A stretch of DNA of 61,284 nucleotides, filler included, from Basidiobolus ranarum (GCA_040143965.1; 13 parts of 13 records of this genome joined end to end with filler, not necessarily neighbours in it), one strand, 5' to 3'; positions 12,419 to 26,690 are shown, counted from the whole stretch's first letter. Program-made: numbers and translations. The notes: generated from the sequence alone by a model not told the origin.

Positions 12419-14060
12419 TTAGAACTTGTTGGAGCTCATGAATCCTCTTACACGGCTGTAGTCGGGCAAGGCCTCAATGGGTCCAAGACCAACAACTGCA
12501 AGTTCTTTATCCCAGAGACGCTCATCGGCAAGTCTCTGAATATCTTTTACGGTGATTTGGCTAATCAAACGATCAATGGTCTTAGCTTCGAGACGTTGGC
12601 CCTTGGCAGTCAATTGAGTTCCGATGTCACGGGCAATGGAAGTGGTGGAGTCGAGGTTAAGAAGTAAAGCACCCTTGAGTTGCTGCTTGGCGCGTTCAAC
12701 CTCGCCTTCTGAAACAGTGGTACTGTAACGGTGCAATTCTTTTTGGGCAAAGTAGACCAAGTCATCAATATGATCACGGTTTTGAGTAACGGCATAAAGA
12801 CCGAAAAGTCCCGTATCAGCATAAGTAAGGTTGAAGGGGGTGAAGGAATTGGCTAAATGGTTAGTGTCGACAATATGGGAGAAACGAGAAGACAAGTAGG
12901 AGGCGGATCCCAAAGAACGATCCCATGAGCCGAAAAGATGTTCCAAGACACGAATCTTATAATAATCCTCAGAATCGTAACCGACACCTTCAACAGCAAG
13001 AGCAATATGAGCAGCGGGAGCAAGATCATCACGGTATCTTATTTCGGAACCGGTGAAGGATGGCTTGTAATCCTCAGTGGGGCGAGGACCAGCGGTGGCA
13101 AGGGAAGAAAAGTGCTTGTGGGCGAGATCAACTAATTCTTCATGGTTAACAGCACCTGCTCCAACGAGAACCATGCGGTCAGCCTTGAAATTCTCAGTAT
13201 GATAGCTAACAAGCTGTTCACGGTTCATCGACAAAGCATTTTCATTCAAACCCATAACAGTATGACCCAGAGGATGGTTTTGGAAAGCGGTGGCGTGTAA
13301 ATTGTTGAAAACAACTTCGGTCATGTCAGCATCAGCTTGCTGTTGCTCTCCGATGATAACCTTTCTTTGACGTTCGATGGCACCATCTTCGAGAGTAGAA
13401 TTCTGTAACATATCACCGAGAACATCAACAGCGAGAGCTACATCCTTCTTGGTGGTTTGAGCATAGAATGCAGATTGTTCGCGGCCAGTATAGGCATCAA
13501 CATGTCCACCAATTCTTTCAACGGTAGCTTCTAATTCAGCTTGGGAACGAGATTGGGTACCCTATCGATCCGAGTGATTATTAGATTAATCTCATAGCTA
13601 TACTTTCTAAATTCCCCAACGAAATTGAAAACTAACGAATTACCTTGAACAACATATGTTCCAAGAAGTAAGCAGCACCGCGATTAGGGCCTTCATAACG
13701 ACTACCTGAGTCGATCCAAACACCGACAGTGGCGGTTTCAGATTGAGGATTGGCTTCAGTGGCAACGGTGAAGCCGTTAGGAAGTGTGGTGGTACGAGTT
13801 TCAGCAGCTTGAGCTACGGAAGAGTACTTCTGAGCCAAAGCAGCGGAAGGACGAAGTGCCTAAGGAACAGAGAAAAATATTAATACTGACTGTCTTACAA
13901 AAACAAAATAGTTTGATATGGAACAAAGAAAAGCAATAGCAATGACAGTTTCGGTATATTTTTGTTTAATCAAAACCGGGAAAATATGACTTGCCTGGCT
14001 ACGGAAGCCGGAAGAGAGCTTAGATTTCAAAGAGTTGGAAAAAAGTGTGCGAGAAGCCAT
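12419..14060 (-). CDS. QCR1: M16 peptidase: mitochondrial processing peptidase beta / cytochrome bc1 core protein 1 family
   Basis: Exons 14060-13995, 13859-13644 and 13561-12419. Arg/Ser-rich presequence, [54 protein letters not shown]. The family call is secure; core 1 versus MPP-beta is inferred from the His-to-Tyr change. Confidence 0.9.
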
Positions 14061-15487
14061 GATGCCGAATCTCTCTAACAGTGACAGAGTGAGTGCTGCC
14101 AATTTTGATTAGAGNNNNNNNNNNNNNNNNNNNNNNNNNNNNNNNNNNNNNNNNNNNNTTAATTAATTAANNNNNNNNNNNNNNNNNNNNNNNNNNNNNN
14201 NNNNNNNNNNNNNNTTAGAATCGTCGTTTAGACTATAGCTCTATCTACAATAAGATAGCTTGAAAAGTATCTAAGCTCTTACTATCATCGTCCGTATGCC
14301 AGGTACGTTGCATCTCGTACTCTTCTTCCAAACTTAAAGGCTCCGAGGCAGTCATCTCTAATAATCCCGTACATAAGTTAAAGAACTAGGAGAAAATACT
14401 CCTTCAGAGTAAGCTCTAGGATACCTTGTAAAAAGGGAGATTTCATCCATTCATGATAGCGCTCAACGTGCTCTTGTTTGTAAGGAACTAATACCACGGT
14501 ATTTCCAACCTTGACGAGATGGTATTTCAAAATAAAGAAAATTCATAGTTAGGTCTGAGAAAGCGAATATTTTTTTGAAATTCAAAGTTGGCGCGTATAA
14601 ACACTTCAAACATTAGTAAAAGATAATATAAAGGAAAACACTTCTACATACAATCACTAGGTTTTCGTTCTTACGCATTGTGGACAGCACGACAATTTTC
14701 TCGAAGAGAAATTCATTTTGATATCACTTTTTATTAAGAAAATAAAATCCTATAAAACGCGTTTGAAATTATCCCGATTTGAATACCTAAAATCTGGTTG
14801 ATTGAATCGTGTATATATATTTGGCTTAACTATCGAAGCTTTTGAATTAACTCTGTCTGAAAGCACTACCGGTACTCCAAGGTCAATACCACACGTATCA
14901 AGGTAACGGAGAAAATATCATACCACACTTATTGTGGTGAAACTAAAGTATGCACTCCGACATTAGTAATGGCATTCCAATTGAAAAGAAATATTTCAAC
15001 GTGTTACGGAGAATTTTCCTGAATTGAATTAGAGAATAGGTGGTGGAACATTGAAACGGATGATAATAATAACAATAAATCAAAGGATGTTAATGGTGAT
15101 GGGATGCTGATGGGATACTGATGAAATGGATCGTAATTTGTATGGTAATAATGGGCTAAGAATGCACAAATCCATCACACAAAGGTTCCACGGTGGTATC
15201 GATTGTAGAGCAGCAAGAAATGGTCCAACAATGCAAACATCATGTATGCAGAGACCCAACATCTGCGATAACCATACAACACTCTTACATAATCTGTCGG
15301 ATGTCACGAAGCTGAATCATTTATTCTATAAGTATTATGGTGCTACAAATGTGAAAGCTAAATTTAAATGACACGGCTATATATACGAATTTTTCCTCCG
15401 GTAAGTATTTACAGAAAATATTAAAAGTGCGACATAATTAACAAATAGATTACACGCATGTGCATATACGCATGGACAATGCCACAA

Positions 15488-16774
15488 TTAACGTCGAAAT
15501 TGACGCTCCCAGATATTGGACTGAGTTAGCCTTGATAGGGAATGTACGATTAATGCTGAGCGATGACCACTATGCGGCTGATGACATAGGTGCTCTATGG
15601 ATGGTAGCGAAACCAAATTGTGATTCAGGCTGGTAGGTTCGATGGAAGGATGATCGCAGCTACTATGACCCACAACACGATTCCTTTTTAATGCAACGCC
15701 TATGTATGCATTAGGATCGTAGTTTTTCAATGGCCGTTTTCTGGAGGGTTTTGAGGTAGAATAATCAATATACAATAATCTCCGGGTACTACTCTGGTTC
15801 TGTATGACTTGCGGGTGAAAATTAATTCCATAGTTCGCATCTAAGGAGTTGCGAGGTTGTCTAGATGTTAGAAGTGAGGGCTCTACGATGTATCGCTCTT
15901 GCATGTAGTTTGGCAGCTTCATAGCATAGTCATCAGAGTATCGACGTTTGTTACCACAGTTATATGGCGAAGGAATAAGGGCAGGTGACAATGTACTGGA
16001 GTAGCTGAGCTTAGGCCAAAGACCTCCCAGTTGTTGGTGAAGTTCTTCAATCGTTATACGCAAATTGAAATCCTGTAAAGAGTCAATATATAAGTGATCC
16101 ATAAATTAACAAGCACATATGCCCACTTACCAACAATCCAAGAAGCTGTCTTTCCATTAGGTTCACTTCAGCCAGAGAAAATACGGATGTGTATCGTGCC
16201 CAATAAGAATTTTTGGGAGACGCATCATTGAGATATTTACTAGCAATTATAAGGGTAGCTAGGAAAATTCGGTGGCAGGTACACTCCATTCCTGATTACG
16301 CAAAGGGTTCCAGAGGTTAATGATAAAAATGGGAGGTGAAGTACTGTAGCATTTCATTACCTCTGGCGAACTCGGGTAACCGTTTTCTTAATCTATCAAG
16401 GTAGATAACAGTACACAGGAAGGAGGGTGTATGAACCTTTGATTTTGCCGCTAGCTCTTTTATGAACAGCTCAAGTGACGGAATTTGCTTGTTGGTTGCC
16501 ATACGATTCGAAGATGTAGTCAACGGAATATCGGATGATGTTGGTGTCGAGGGAGGGGAAGGCAACTGTCTATTATCTGTATCACTTGGAGGATTACACT
16601 TTATCACCAAGGCCGCCCTGTCAGTAACATAGGCTATTTCAAATGAAATAATTCAGTCTCAGAAATAATGAGGCAACACACAGAAGTATAACTCATACCA
16701 ATCATTTCTTCAGTGATTGGGGATTTCATTAACATAGCAATGTTGCTTTCTCTTAAGCTGTAGGCTTCCTGCAT
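15488..16774 (-). CDS. Pho85-type cyclin (Pcl1/Pcl2 family)
   Basis: Exons 16774-16699, 16633-16361, 16291-16131 and 16072-15488 splice in frame. Cyclin box ARGMECTCHRIFLATLIIASKYLNDASPKNSYWA...LAEVNLMERQLLGLLDFNLRI. Confidence 0.92.
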
Positions 16775-18949
16775 GTTTGGCGGTGAAGAGGCCGAAAGAA
16801 TAGGGAAATCAAGAGCAATTAGAAGGTATAAGTTGATTTTTCCTTGTTGAATTAATAGCTGAAATCAAATGTAAAATGTAGTTAGATCGAGGGGAATGGT
16901 CACTTTTATAGTGTCCATAATATGGGGGTGGGTTCACAATGGTATTTCCTCACTAAACTACTTTCCAGAACAAGAGCGATAACAACCACGATGATTATAA
17001 TAGTCAAGATTTGGAGCAGGGGTAGGCAAGAATCATTTGGGCTCCCTAATAACATTTGTATGAATATCCACAAAACTGATACACCGGTCTCTAAATTTAA
17101 AAGTAGATACCACCAATCAAGAGCAAGAAAACCGTTACCAAATATCAACTGGGAAATTGATCTATATATACATACAGCATCCAATTGTATTGATCCTAAT
17201 TCAAAGGTTGTTTTCATAACAACTGCTCTGATTCATCCAGGAGAGTCGGTATAAATGACATTCATGTTGATGCCAGCACCTTCTTGTACTGGCCAAATGG
17301 TATTACGTCGTGATAGTATATGCGGAATGGATTTTCAAGATACCTCGTATCGCTTTAGCATCCCTACCGTCAACTCAATTTTACCTTGGTATTATATCAC
17401 GTGCATCAAAGTCATGTAAACAGCATTAACCCTGACTAGTGCACCATATTTTAATTAGCTATAAATTGATCAATCACAGATATATCCATGTTGTATGGCT
17501 TGTTGCGAACCATACCAATCGCTGTGGAAAAGAACCTTCTCAATCATTGAAACAAGAAACAATCAAGACATGCTGTTGGCTATAGTTTTCAAACCTCTAG
17601 TTACACGGATATAGCTGCGCCTACGCCAGCTTTTGCAGTCTTCCAAAATAATCTGACACCAAGATAGTATTTCTCAAAACGAGACTTTCGTTCGTTGAAA
17701 AATGAAACTTATAGGAAAGAACTCTTCCTACATACCAATAATACACCTTCATTTATTCACCCTGTTATCTCATCAGAATAGCATACAATGAACATGAACA
17801 AGAAGGTAAACTCTTCCAAGTATCAAACCTAAGAAATCTTCACCGACCGCATTAGTAACCGCGGCTTGACTCGAGATTTGTTGCAAGTAAACCTGGGTAA
17901 CATACATGAAACCTTGATATGTAAAGATTGAGTTAGTTGAATTGATTCTACTCTCATAGTAGCAGGATCATCCTATGAGCAAGCTTGATGATACGACGCA
18001 TCGTTAGAACAAAAGATTGAATTATCTTTACACCGTTTAGCCGATAAAAGCATGATGTAGGTAACACCCTTTTAATTGAATTCTGGATTTCTCTGGGGGG
18101 CGGTTCTCCGAGAGGAGGGAGGTTCAAACAAGGAACACCAACATCACCAACTGGTTCACTTCCTAAAGCAATCCAAGTCATTGATATCATGAACTTGGTC
18201 TTTTTCAAACGTAGTTATCAATGATTATAATGATGAGCAGCAATACGTTTTCATACGTTTTCTCCGATTGGGTTAGAATTTCGTTTCTATTCTAGTATAT
18301 TTATTCTCGTAATATTATATACTGGAACATCCAGAATAACCCTAAAATTGTGCCTCTCTGCTTTAATTTAGCGTACCAATCAGGTGGCTTTTGAGAGTGG
18401 GTGCTGCACAGGTTCGTACAGCCAAATATGTAATCGGTACCGACCTATTGGCTTTTTGTCAATCAAATTTAGTATGTACTCTATCATCTTACAAAACTGA
18501 AGGAAATGTGGAGGATTACGAAATCATTTGAATGCCTAATTACGCTACTGTAAACACAGCTACCGGAGAGATGGAGGAGCATATCATAATAGCATCCATC
18601 TATTGTCTTAAAGTAAAGGCAAACACTTTGATATCTTTGGAGAATCATCAGAAGATATATTACATCCACCTTAAATTTGGATATGAACGAAACTCATGGA
18701 GTGGTTCAACTTGTATGGCACAGACCGGCTATTTTTATTGCAAACCACAATTAGGACAAAGGTATTTTGTAAGGAATGATTATATTTATATATGTGAGTT
18801 TGTTATCTACAAGCATTGAAAGGCTGATTGAAAATACATGAATTCGTATNNNNNNNNNNNNNNNNNNNNNNNNNNNNNNNNNNNNNNNNNNNNTTAATTA
18901 ATTAANNNNNNNNNNNNNNNNNNNNNNNNNNNNNNNNNNNNNNNNNNNN

Positions 18950-19473
18950 GGATAACAACAGCGCCTGAAAAAAGAAAAGTTAGATACGAATGAAAGTAAG
19001 AGTACTGAGCATGCCTACGTACCGATGAAATCGTTCGCCTTCAAGTAGTCATAATCATAGCATTCAAGGTGAAGATTGGAATAACCATCAGGTACGTCAC
19101 TAAAGAAACTTTAACACAAATATTCAAGCAACGGGAATTTAGTAAAGTTTATAACTTACAATGAGAAATGTTCTTGCCAGCTGGGAGCACGGGAATTCTT
19201 TACAACTTGGGTCTTATGGCTGTGCTTCTTATCGACAGTGAGAGTGACAAAAGGGTCAACCTTGCCTATTGAAGATAAAAACCAATATTCAGTACTTGAG
19301 AGAAAAGAAACCCATTTTTACAGCCCACATACCAAAGGTTTCCACGTTACGAAGCTCACGAGCGGAAACTGAAGAATAGTATCGATTAGTTTTAACGAAA
19401 AGTGGTTTTCTACAACATAGCAACAAAACGAGAGTAGATACTAACCAACTGTTACTTCCAAAGTTCCTCTCAT
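18950..19473 (-). CDS. C2-domain protein (3' end truncated by contig edge; absent from ORF track)
   Basis: Five small exons splice to MRGTLEVTVVSARELRNVETFGKVDPFVTLTV...KTQVVKNSRAPSWQEHFSFDV...LHLECYDYDYLKANDFIG, a typical C2 domain. Confidence 0.88.
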
Positions 19474-20703
19474 GTTAGTTTACTAAGTGGGAATAATGCT
19501 CACACAAGTGGCAGGTGTAAATGAAGAAAAGGTGAAGGAACAACAGCTATCGTTAACTGCCAAAGAAGAATTTAAATAAATTATCAGCTAATCAAAGAAT
19601 TCTAAGTCATGGATACAATGTCGTACAGATGGTAATGCCAACTCCAGCAAACAATATAATTGACTAATTCAAACATATATTCGGTACTTTTCTGTATTCC
19701 AGACGATTATAAAAATACAAAAGAATCAAATTGGTCCAAGTAGCTAAGCCCTCATAATTTATTGCAGGGCTCCCCTTAATATAGTGAAATATACTTTTAC
19801 CCTGTAACAGGCTCTGAGCCTCTCACAGCAAATCAATGGCCAATCAAGATGCGCATGTGCAATAAACGGACAGTGTAATTTAGAATAGATCCAAGAATGT
19901 GAACCCATGGGCACAATAACGATATCCAGAATTGCTATGGAAGAGGTGGTGAAGCTTGCCCATGCATGCAGAGATGCGCATTGCTGGTTCAAATTGCTGT
20001 AGTTGCTGATTGATGTGGCGCGGCCGATAAGATTTATTCGTTCCAAGATATAATCAACAGTGGAGTGCTATGTACGAGAATGCCCAAAATCCAATGTTGA
20101 TTTGCGGATAGGTCGGGTATTGCCATGAATGTTTGTGCATATTTATGAGAAACCACAAGCGTATGCTAGACAAATACAAACATTGTTTTAGCCCATACAC
20201 TAATCGAAAGATCATGTGTATGCTGCTGAATCCCAATGTCATTGCTGCCACTACAAAGCCGCTTCCAATAGTTCCATTGATTAACAAAGTCAACGCTAGG
20301 GGCGGACAAAGTGTATTTACTCCTGCCATAAGTTCATTTTATACAGGCTCTATAAAGACCAAATGCCCTCAACCAACTAAGTTGTCAATGGCGACCATTC
20401 AGTTTCCTTGTCTATCCTTTGAAGCATACGATGATTCGCAGGTCATCCAGAGATATTGCCTCAGATTGACAGTATCTACAAACGGGGTCCAAACCCGGAA
20501 TGACTCCTGATGCAGTTTCCTCATGTTTCATAGCTCCCGAGCTGTGTGATATCTGGATATAAATAGTTTGTGTTAGTCGTGGATAAATCAGTGATCACCA
20601 ATTTCCACCATTACATCATTAATTAATTCGTTTTTGATAAGCCAAATTCACAGTACCAAATCATCTATTGGTGTGACCAATATATTACTGAAACCAAGGC
20701 CAA

Positions 20704-22274
20704 ATGCATATCAAACTACCTTCTGTAAATCTATTTTCACTTCGCAATCGTCCACAGCATGATGCAAAAACTAGGGAGCAACCTCCAAAGGATCTCATAT
20801 CAAAATCACTTCCATCAGATATCAATTCCGAGGACTTTTTACCAAAAAAGAAGCCTCTCTATAGAAAGCTCTCCAGCAGTCTTTTCGAGAAACTAAATCA
20901 TAGTGAAGCATCCCTATGCAGCAACATAGGCAATCCCTCTTCCTCCAGTAACAATCTCCTTGGTACATCAAATTCTGGAAAACTCTTCAGTGGATTGCAT
21001 GGTTCGCGATACAATTTCAGCCGCTTAGTTGACCATTATGGTCCCTTGTTTTCACGCCTCGACTTCATCATCTCTTTGTACAGGTGGAGAAACGATCCAC
21101 TGTATTCCTGGTCTTTACTAGCACTTTTATGGGGGATTTGTATATTCCCACGATTGAGCGTTGTATGTGGTCCACACTTCACGCTTCTTGTTTGGATAGG
21201 CTACAAATATCATCTCAAATATAGTGAGCCTAAACGAGTTGCACCTTCTGGACTGAAGCGGAAAGCTTATGACTTTCAAAATATCCTTTGCAAGCTTACT
21301 CAGATAGACTTGTTCATTAGCATTCAACTTGGTAGATTAGATTGGTCCAATTCTACGGAAACCTATCGCATTATTAAGCTTATACTATTCGCCTATCCAT
21401 TTTGGGCTGTGGTTTCCTCGCTGATACCTTTAAATTACTTGTGTTTAGTGTGTGGGACCATCTGTCTAACTTGGCATCATCCTGAGGTGATAAGATTAAG
21501 AGCACCATTCACTGATGATTCTCCTATATATCGTGCTTTCGTGCGTTCTGCTTTTACTCCGGTCGAAGATTCCAAGACGGTTCCGGCTAAACATTGGAAA
21601 TCCCCTTCGCACAAATTAACCGCTGGGTCCAAATTAATCAATGAAAAGACATTCAATTTAATGATCAGACCGCGGAATGAGCCACCTACATTGAAGGTTC
21701 AACATACTGAATATTTTGAAGATGAGGATGGAGTCACTGAGTTCCTAATATATGAACATCAAAGAAAATGGCCAGGGCTTGGTTGGACCACACGGTTGAT
21801 GAAAAATGATCCGTATTCGTGGTAAGCTTGTATAAGAGCATCCTTTCGGGTCTTATGATCCGTACTTGGCCTAATCCACTATTTCTACAATTACTAATGA
21901 ACTTCTCATTCATTATTTACAGGACCGATGAGACACTTCAGTTGGTGAAGTTCCCAAAGGCATTTGTGCCCCCTATAGTCTCAAATATTGTCAACAAGAT
22001 CACATACGAAAATGGAAATGCAGTCTTTCTACAAAAGCGGACTTGTTGGGAATGGATTGACGACGATTGGACTCCAGTCCTAGGACTCAATACGGATACT
22101 GAAGGCTGGGAATATAGTGGAAGAAAGTTCGACATGTTTGCAAACCGTAACGGTACCACCAAATTTACTAGACGAAGATGCTGGCGTCGTAAAGCACTAA
22201 AAATCATGAAGCACGAAGTATTGATAGACTACTTGCCAGAAGTAGTTGAATTTAATCCTTTGACCACGTGCTAA
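20704..22274 (+). CDS. Pex23/Pex24 (Pex28-32) family peroxin with dysferlin domain
   Basis: Exons 20704-21821 and 21923-22274. Hydrophobic hairpins, then YEHQRKWPGLGW, WEWIDDDW, DTEGWEYS and FTRRRCWRR DysF motifs. Confidence 0.88.
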
Positions 22275-23205
22275 TATTTTGAAGCACGAGGTTGAGTCTT
22301 CTCATGCAGAAACAAATCTTTCGTAACAGCATATATTTTATGTTGAATTGAGTACATTCATTTCTTTTTCTGTTCTTCAGGATATATGGCTCTGGCTATT
22401 TGCTTCTCACTATTTTCCGTATTATTGTACAAACAGCACACATAATTAAACACATGTATATTCTTGAGTTACTTACGCAATGGCCAGACCAATGGATTCC
22501 AATTTGTGCATCTGGTCGTTTCAACACACTTTTCAGGCTGCGAAAAATCACACGCTAAGTTGTGTCACAAATATTCTTGTACTATATATATACAATCGTA
22601 ATATGAACAGCAGGATTCAGACAATTCTTGTTTCTCCCTATTAACCAATTTCCGGCACGGCTCCAATCTATCAGATCAGGTTGGTGGTTTGTAGCAGCTA
22701 AACTGTATCCTACACAACTACAATGCAAGTTATGATAACGCTTATTGTAATTAAGTGGCTTATGAGTCAAATTTTAAGACCACTTGTTGCTAGTAGCCCA
22801 TTTGCCGCGGTTCATTGTGGGAGAAATATCACGCTTTAGACAAGCTTAGGTTCTAGTGTTGATTTCTTTGTATGCGATTTACATTGAAGGATAATCAAGC
22901 TCCATATTTCGATCCAGAAACTGGGGATGATTGGCCATCCATGATGATTCACTGTTGTTCGAGCTCGTTTAGGTGAGACAATTGAGTCCAGGACGCTTTC
23001 ATTTAAATACCAATTGAAATATCAAAACTAAGCAGAATATCTCTGGAGATGTTAATAACAAGATGATAATCTCGATACTATATAAAATGCGGGGTAGTAA
23101 GCACTTCGATTGAATTGTTAAACACCACATTATCTTCGTCACCTTACACTTTTTCGATACCAACTGTGCCTGTGCGATTCATTTATATATAGTTTATTGG
23201 AGAGA

Positions 23206-23578
23206 ATGACTACGAAAAGTTACTCTAATACACTCACTTTCTATGTGAATGGCTCACTAGTGAAGATTCAGAACCCAGACCCTGCGGTGACATTGCTCCA
23301 ATATTTACGTAGTGCCGGATTAACGGGTACAAAGCTAGGCTGTGGTGAAGGTGGTTGTGGTATGTATACAAACTTTCATTGCGTGTTCCAAATTATGTGT
23401 TTACTCAAATTTATCAAATATCGTAGGTGCTTGTACGGTTATGCTCTCATCTTACGATGCTAAATCTGGAAAGATAATGCATAATTCAACAAATGCATGC
23501 TTAGCACCACTGTGCGCAATGGATGGCAAACATGTCATCACCATTGAGGGCATAGGAAACTCCAAGAATCCTCATCCT
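23206..23578 (+). CDS. XDH: Xanthine dehydrogenase, N-terminal 2Fe-2S domain (truncated by contig edge)
   Basis: LTFYVNG...[26 protein letters not shown]...[25 protein letters not shown]; intron 23360-23426. Confidence 0.93.
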
Positions 23579-23678
23579 NNNNNNNNNNNNNNNNNNNNNN
23601 NNNNNNNNNNNNNNNNNNNNNNTTAATTAATTAANNNNNNNNNNNNNNNNNNNNNNNNNNNNNNNNNNNNNNNNNNNN

Positions 23679-23885
23679 TACAAATCTAAGGGATACTACA
23701 AGACACCTCTTACCATTCCGGTACTTGCTGTAGTTGATACTGTTGTTGGTGCGCTCATTGCCTCAACTACGAAAGACTATGCCTCCAACCTTACATTACA
23801 GACTTACCATGGTGGTCATTATATTTGGGAAGAGGTACCAAAAGATACAACCAAGGGACTGATTAGCTTCTTGAGTCATGTATGA
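23679..23885 (+). CDS. Alpha/beta-hydrolase fold protein, C-terminal fragment
   Basis: Open frame from the contig edge: PLTIPVLAV...GGHYIWEEVPKDTTKGLISFL, the catalytic-His region typical of epoxide hydrolase-like enzymes. Confidence 0.7.
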   Translation, partial: YKSKGYYKTPLTIPVLAVVDTVVGALIASTTKDYASNLTLQTYHGGHYIWEEVPKDTTKGLISFLSHV

Positions 23886-25325
23886 AAATGGAATAATTAT
23901 CATTTCTTCTTCAACCATAACGTACAATACATAACATTGTATAGAATGCACTTTGAATGTTACAACAAATGCACTCTTTATTGACAAATGCACCCTTTAT
24001 TCATTCAAGGCTAATAAAGTTTCAGATCACCACCACCAGTATTGTATTTATAGTTGCCATTTATGGGAATATTCTCAGACTAAGATTTGATGGCAGGTGT
24101 GGGCAAATGGCGATCGTGATGAAATTCTTGAATTTTAATGGATATCACAGGAACCACTCGAGAATATTTATACCAAAGCTTAGATACATTTAACTGATGT
24201 TTGCAGATATAAAATAACTGATTAAGCTGAGCAAGGACAGTCATTGTTGTGGTTGTTATCTTGCTATATCTAGTACACACGCTAGTTCTTCTATTTGATG
24301 CTGCTCCTCATTTAGATAATTCCGTAAAGTGTTGAACGATTGAAATGTTACTTATGTGATTTCATGGTTAAACTTCAAACGGGCATCGCTTATGTGCTGA
24401 AAGTACAGCTGCTTTAGCTTTAGCAAAGACATTAATCAATAGAATCAGCAGGATGTTGCATTTTGGAGATAAAATATATATGTGTTTAGTTGGCTTCATC
24501 ATTATTTTGGAATTGTCGTTCACAATACTTGGTGTTTACTAATTCACATTATAATCCCAAGCATGCCATATCAGATGTTCCAGCACGAGCCACTCATTGG
24601 ATATGACAATATTATTTGAAGACTACAATTAGCAACGTGGTAAGATGGTAAAAATTGATGAATAAATAGGTACTCTGTAGTTGGCCTATTTGGATGAGTT
24701 TGGAAGTAGATGAAAATAGAGTAATGATGTTTTTTGCAAGTTAAACAGATCAACAAGAATCTCTTTGATGTTCATGCGTTATTAAAGTGACACAGATACT
24801 AGAGGAACATGTTGTAGAAGTGTACAGTTGGTCTTTTGGGTTATTTTTGAGGAATATCTTGACTTATACGTAGAAGATCAATCCTAATACTAAGCATGAT
24901 GATATTGCTATTTAGCTTCTAGATTCTCGGTTTTTGAATCCTCATGTATCAATAAAAGCATATCTAATTATCACATATTCACTTAACCAGTACACTCAAT
25001 ATCGCTCTCATGGCAACGGTTTTTTCCACTGTAGATTGAATTTGTTTTGAGTGGCAGGCTGTATTTAATAGTCCATGATATTCAAATATTAATGGAAAAT
25101 TTCTATAAAATTGGATGGACAATGTTAGAATTCGATTGGATTGGATTGGATTGCAAATATTCTGGTGAAAATTATCCCAAACTTTCTTACCTTCAGATTT
25201 CTCTAACCCCCCTCTCCCCGGGTAGGTCACGAAAAAAATCATTATCAAACCAAAAGGTTTCTCATCAGTGTTTGTTTATCTTAAGGCACGCTACTTTACC
25301 AAGAAAAGTAACCAACCTAACTGTT

Positions 25326-26690
25326 ATGACGTCTCGTAGTGTGGCCAGGACTTACGCCAACGTGAATCAAACTCTTCCCAAAGAGTACTGGGATTACGAT
25401 AATCTACAAGTTCAATGGGGGTTAGTTAAACTACAACCATCATTCACCCCTTATTTTACACCTGTTTTTGGAGTATTACTTGGGTCCTTTGTCTTCCTTT
25501 TCAACACTCACACTTCTGTTTAGGGGACAAGAAAATTATGAGATCGTACGTAAAGTAGGACGTGGAAAATACTCGGAAGTTTTCGAAGGGGTTGATATAG
25601 AGAAGAATCGTAAGGTAGTCATCAAGGTGTTGAAACCTGTACGTAAGAAGAAGATCAAGCGTGAAATCAAGATTCTACAAAACCTAGCCGGTGGTATCAA
25701 CGTGATCAACTTATACGATGTTGTTAGAGATCCACAAGTAATAAGAAATTGTTTAAAGATTATGTACTACTCTGTTTACTAACCTAGAAATGATGTAGAG
25801 CAAAACCCCTTCACTTATCTTCGAACAAGTGAACAATATCGACTTCAAAATTCTATATCCTAAATTTACCGACTATGATGTTCGGTTTTACATCTTCGAG
25901 TTGCTCAAGGTACTGCTGAGTAGAATCTAACTTTGACCTAATCATTGTGAAGCTAAACATCTGCAACCATTCAGGCTTTAGATTTTTGCCATTCCAAGGG
26001 TATTATGCATCGTGATGTTAAACCTCACAATGTTATGATTGACCATGAGAAACGCCAAGTAAGTTTGATTTCTTGTTTCATTCAGAAGCCTTAAGATTAA
26101 CTTCTGACCAACTATAGCTTCGTCTTATCGACTGGGGTCTTGCTGAATTCTACCACCCTGGCACCGAATACAACGTTCGTGTAGCATCCAGATATTTCAA
26201 AGGACCTGAGCTTCTAGTAGATCTTCAAGAGTATGATTACTCCTTAGATATGTGGAGTTTAGGATGTATGTTCGCGGGAATGATTTTCCGTAAAGATCCA
26301 TTTTTCCATGGCCAAGACAATTACGATCAACTGGTGAAGATTGCCAAGGTTCTCGGCACTGATGAGTTGTTTAGCTATCTTGAAAAATACGGGATTCGTT
26401 TAGACAATCAATACAATTCCATTCTGGGTAGATATGCTCGTAAGCCTTGGAGCAAGTTTGTTACAACCGAGAACCAGAAATACGTCTCCCCAGCTGCTCT
26501 TGATTTCTTGGATAAGTTATTGCGTTATGATCACCAAGAAAGATTGACTCCTAAGGAAGCTATGGACCACCCTTACTTTGGTACTGTATGTTAAATTTGA
26601 ATTTTCTTGCAAGCATAATGACTAATGCATGAGCCATTCCAAATAGATCCTGTGAAAGAGAAGGAAGGTGTTTCCGAGACTCAGGCCTGA
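25326..26690 (+). CDS. CKA1: Casein kinase 2 catalytic subunit alpha
   Basis: Exons 25326-25420, 25524-25737, 25799-25909, 25975-26058, 26118-26580 and 26647-26690. [44 protein letters not shown] and [14 protein letters not shown] motifs. Confidence 0.97.

Noticed and set aside
16906-18819. Small ORFs upstream of the cyclin gene
   Set aside because: No domain similarity or consistent splice structure; treated as intergenic or UTR.
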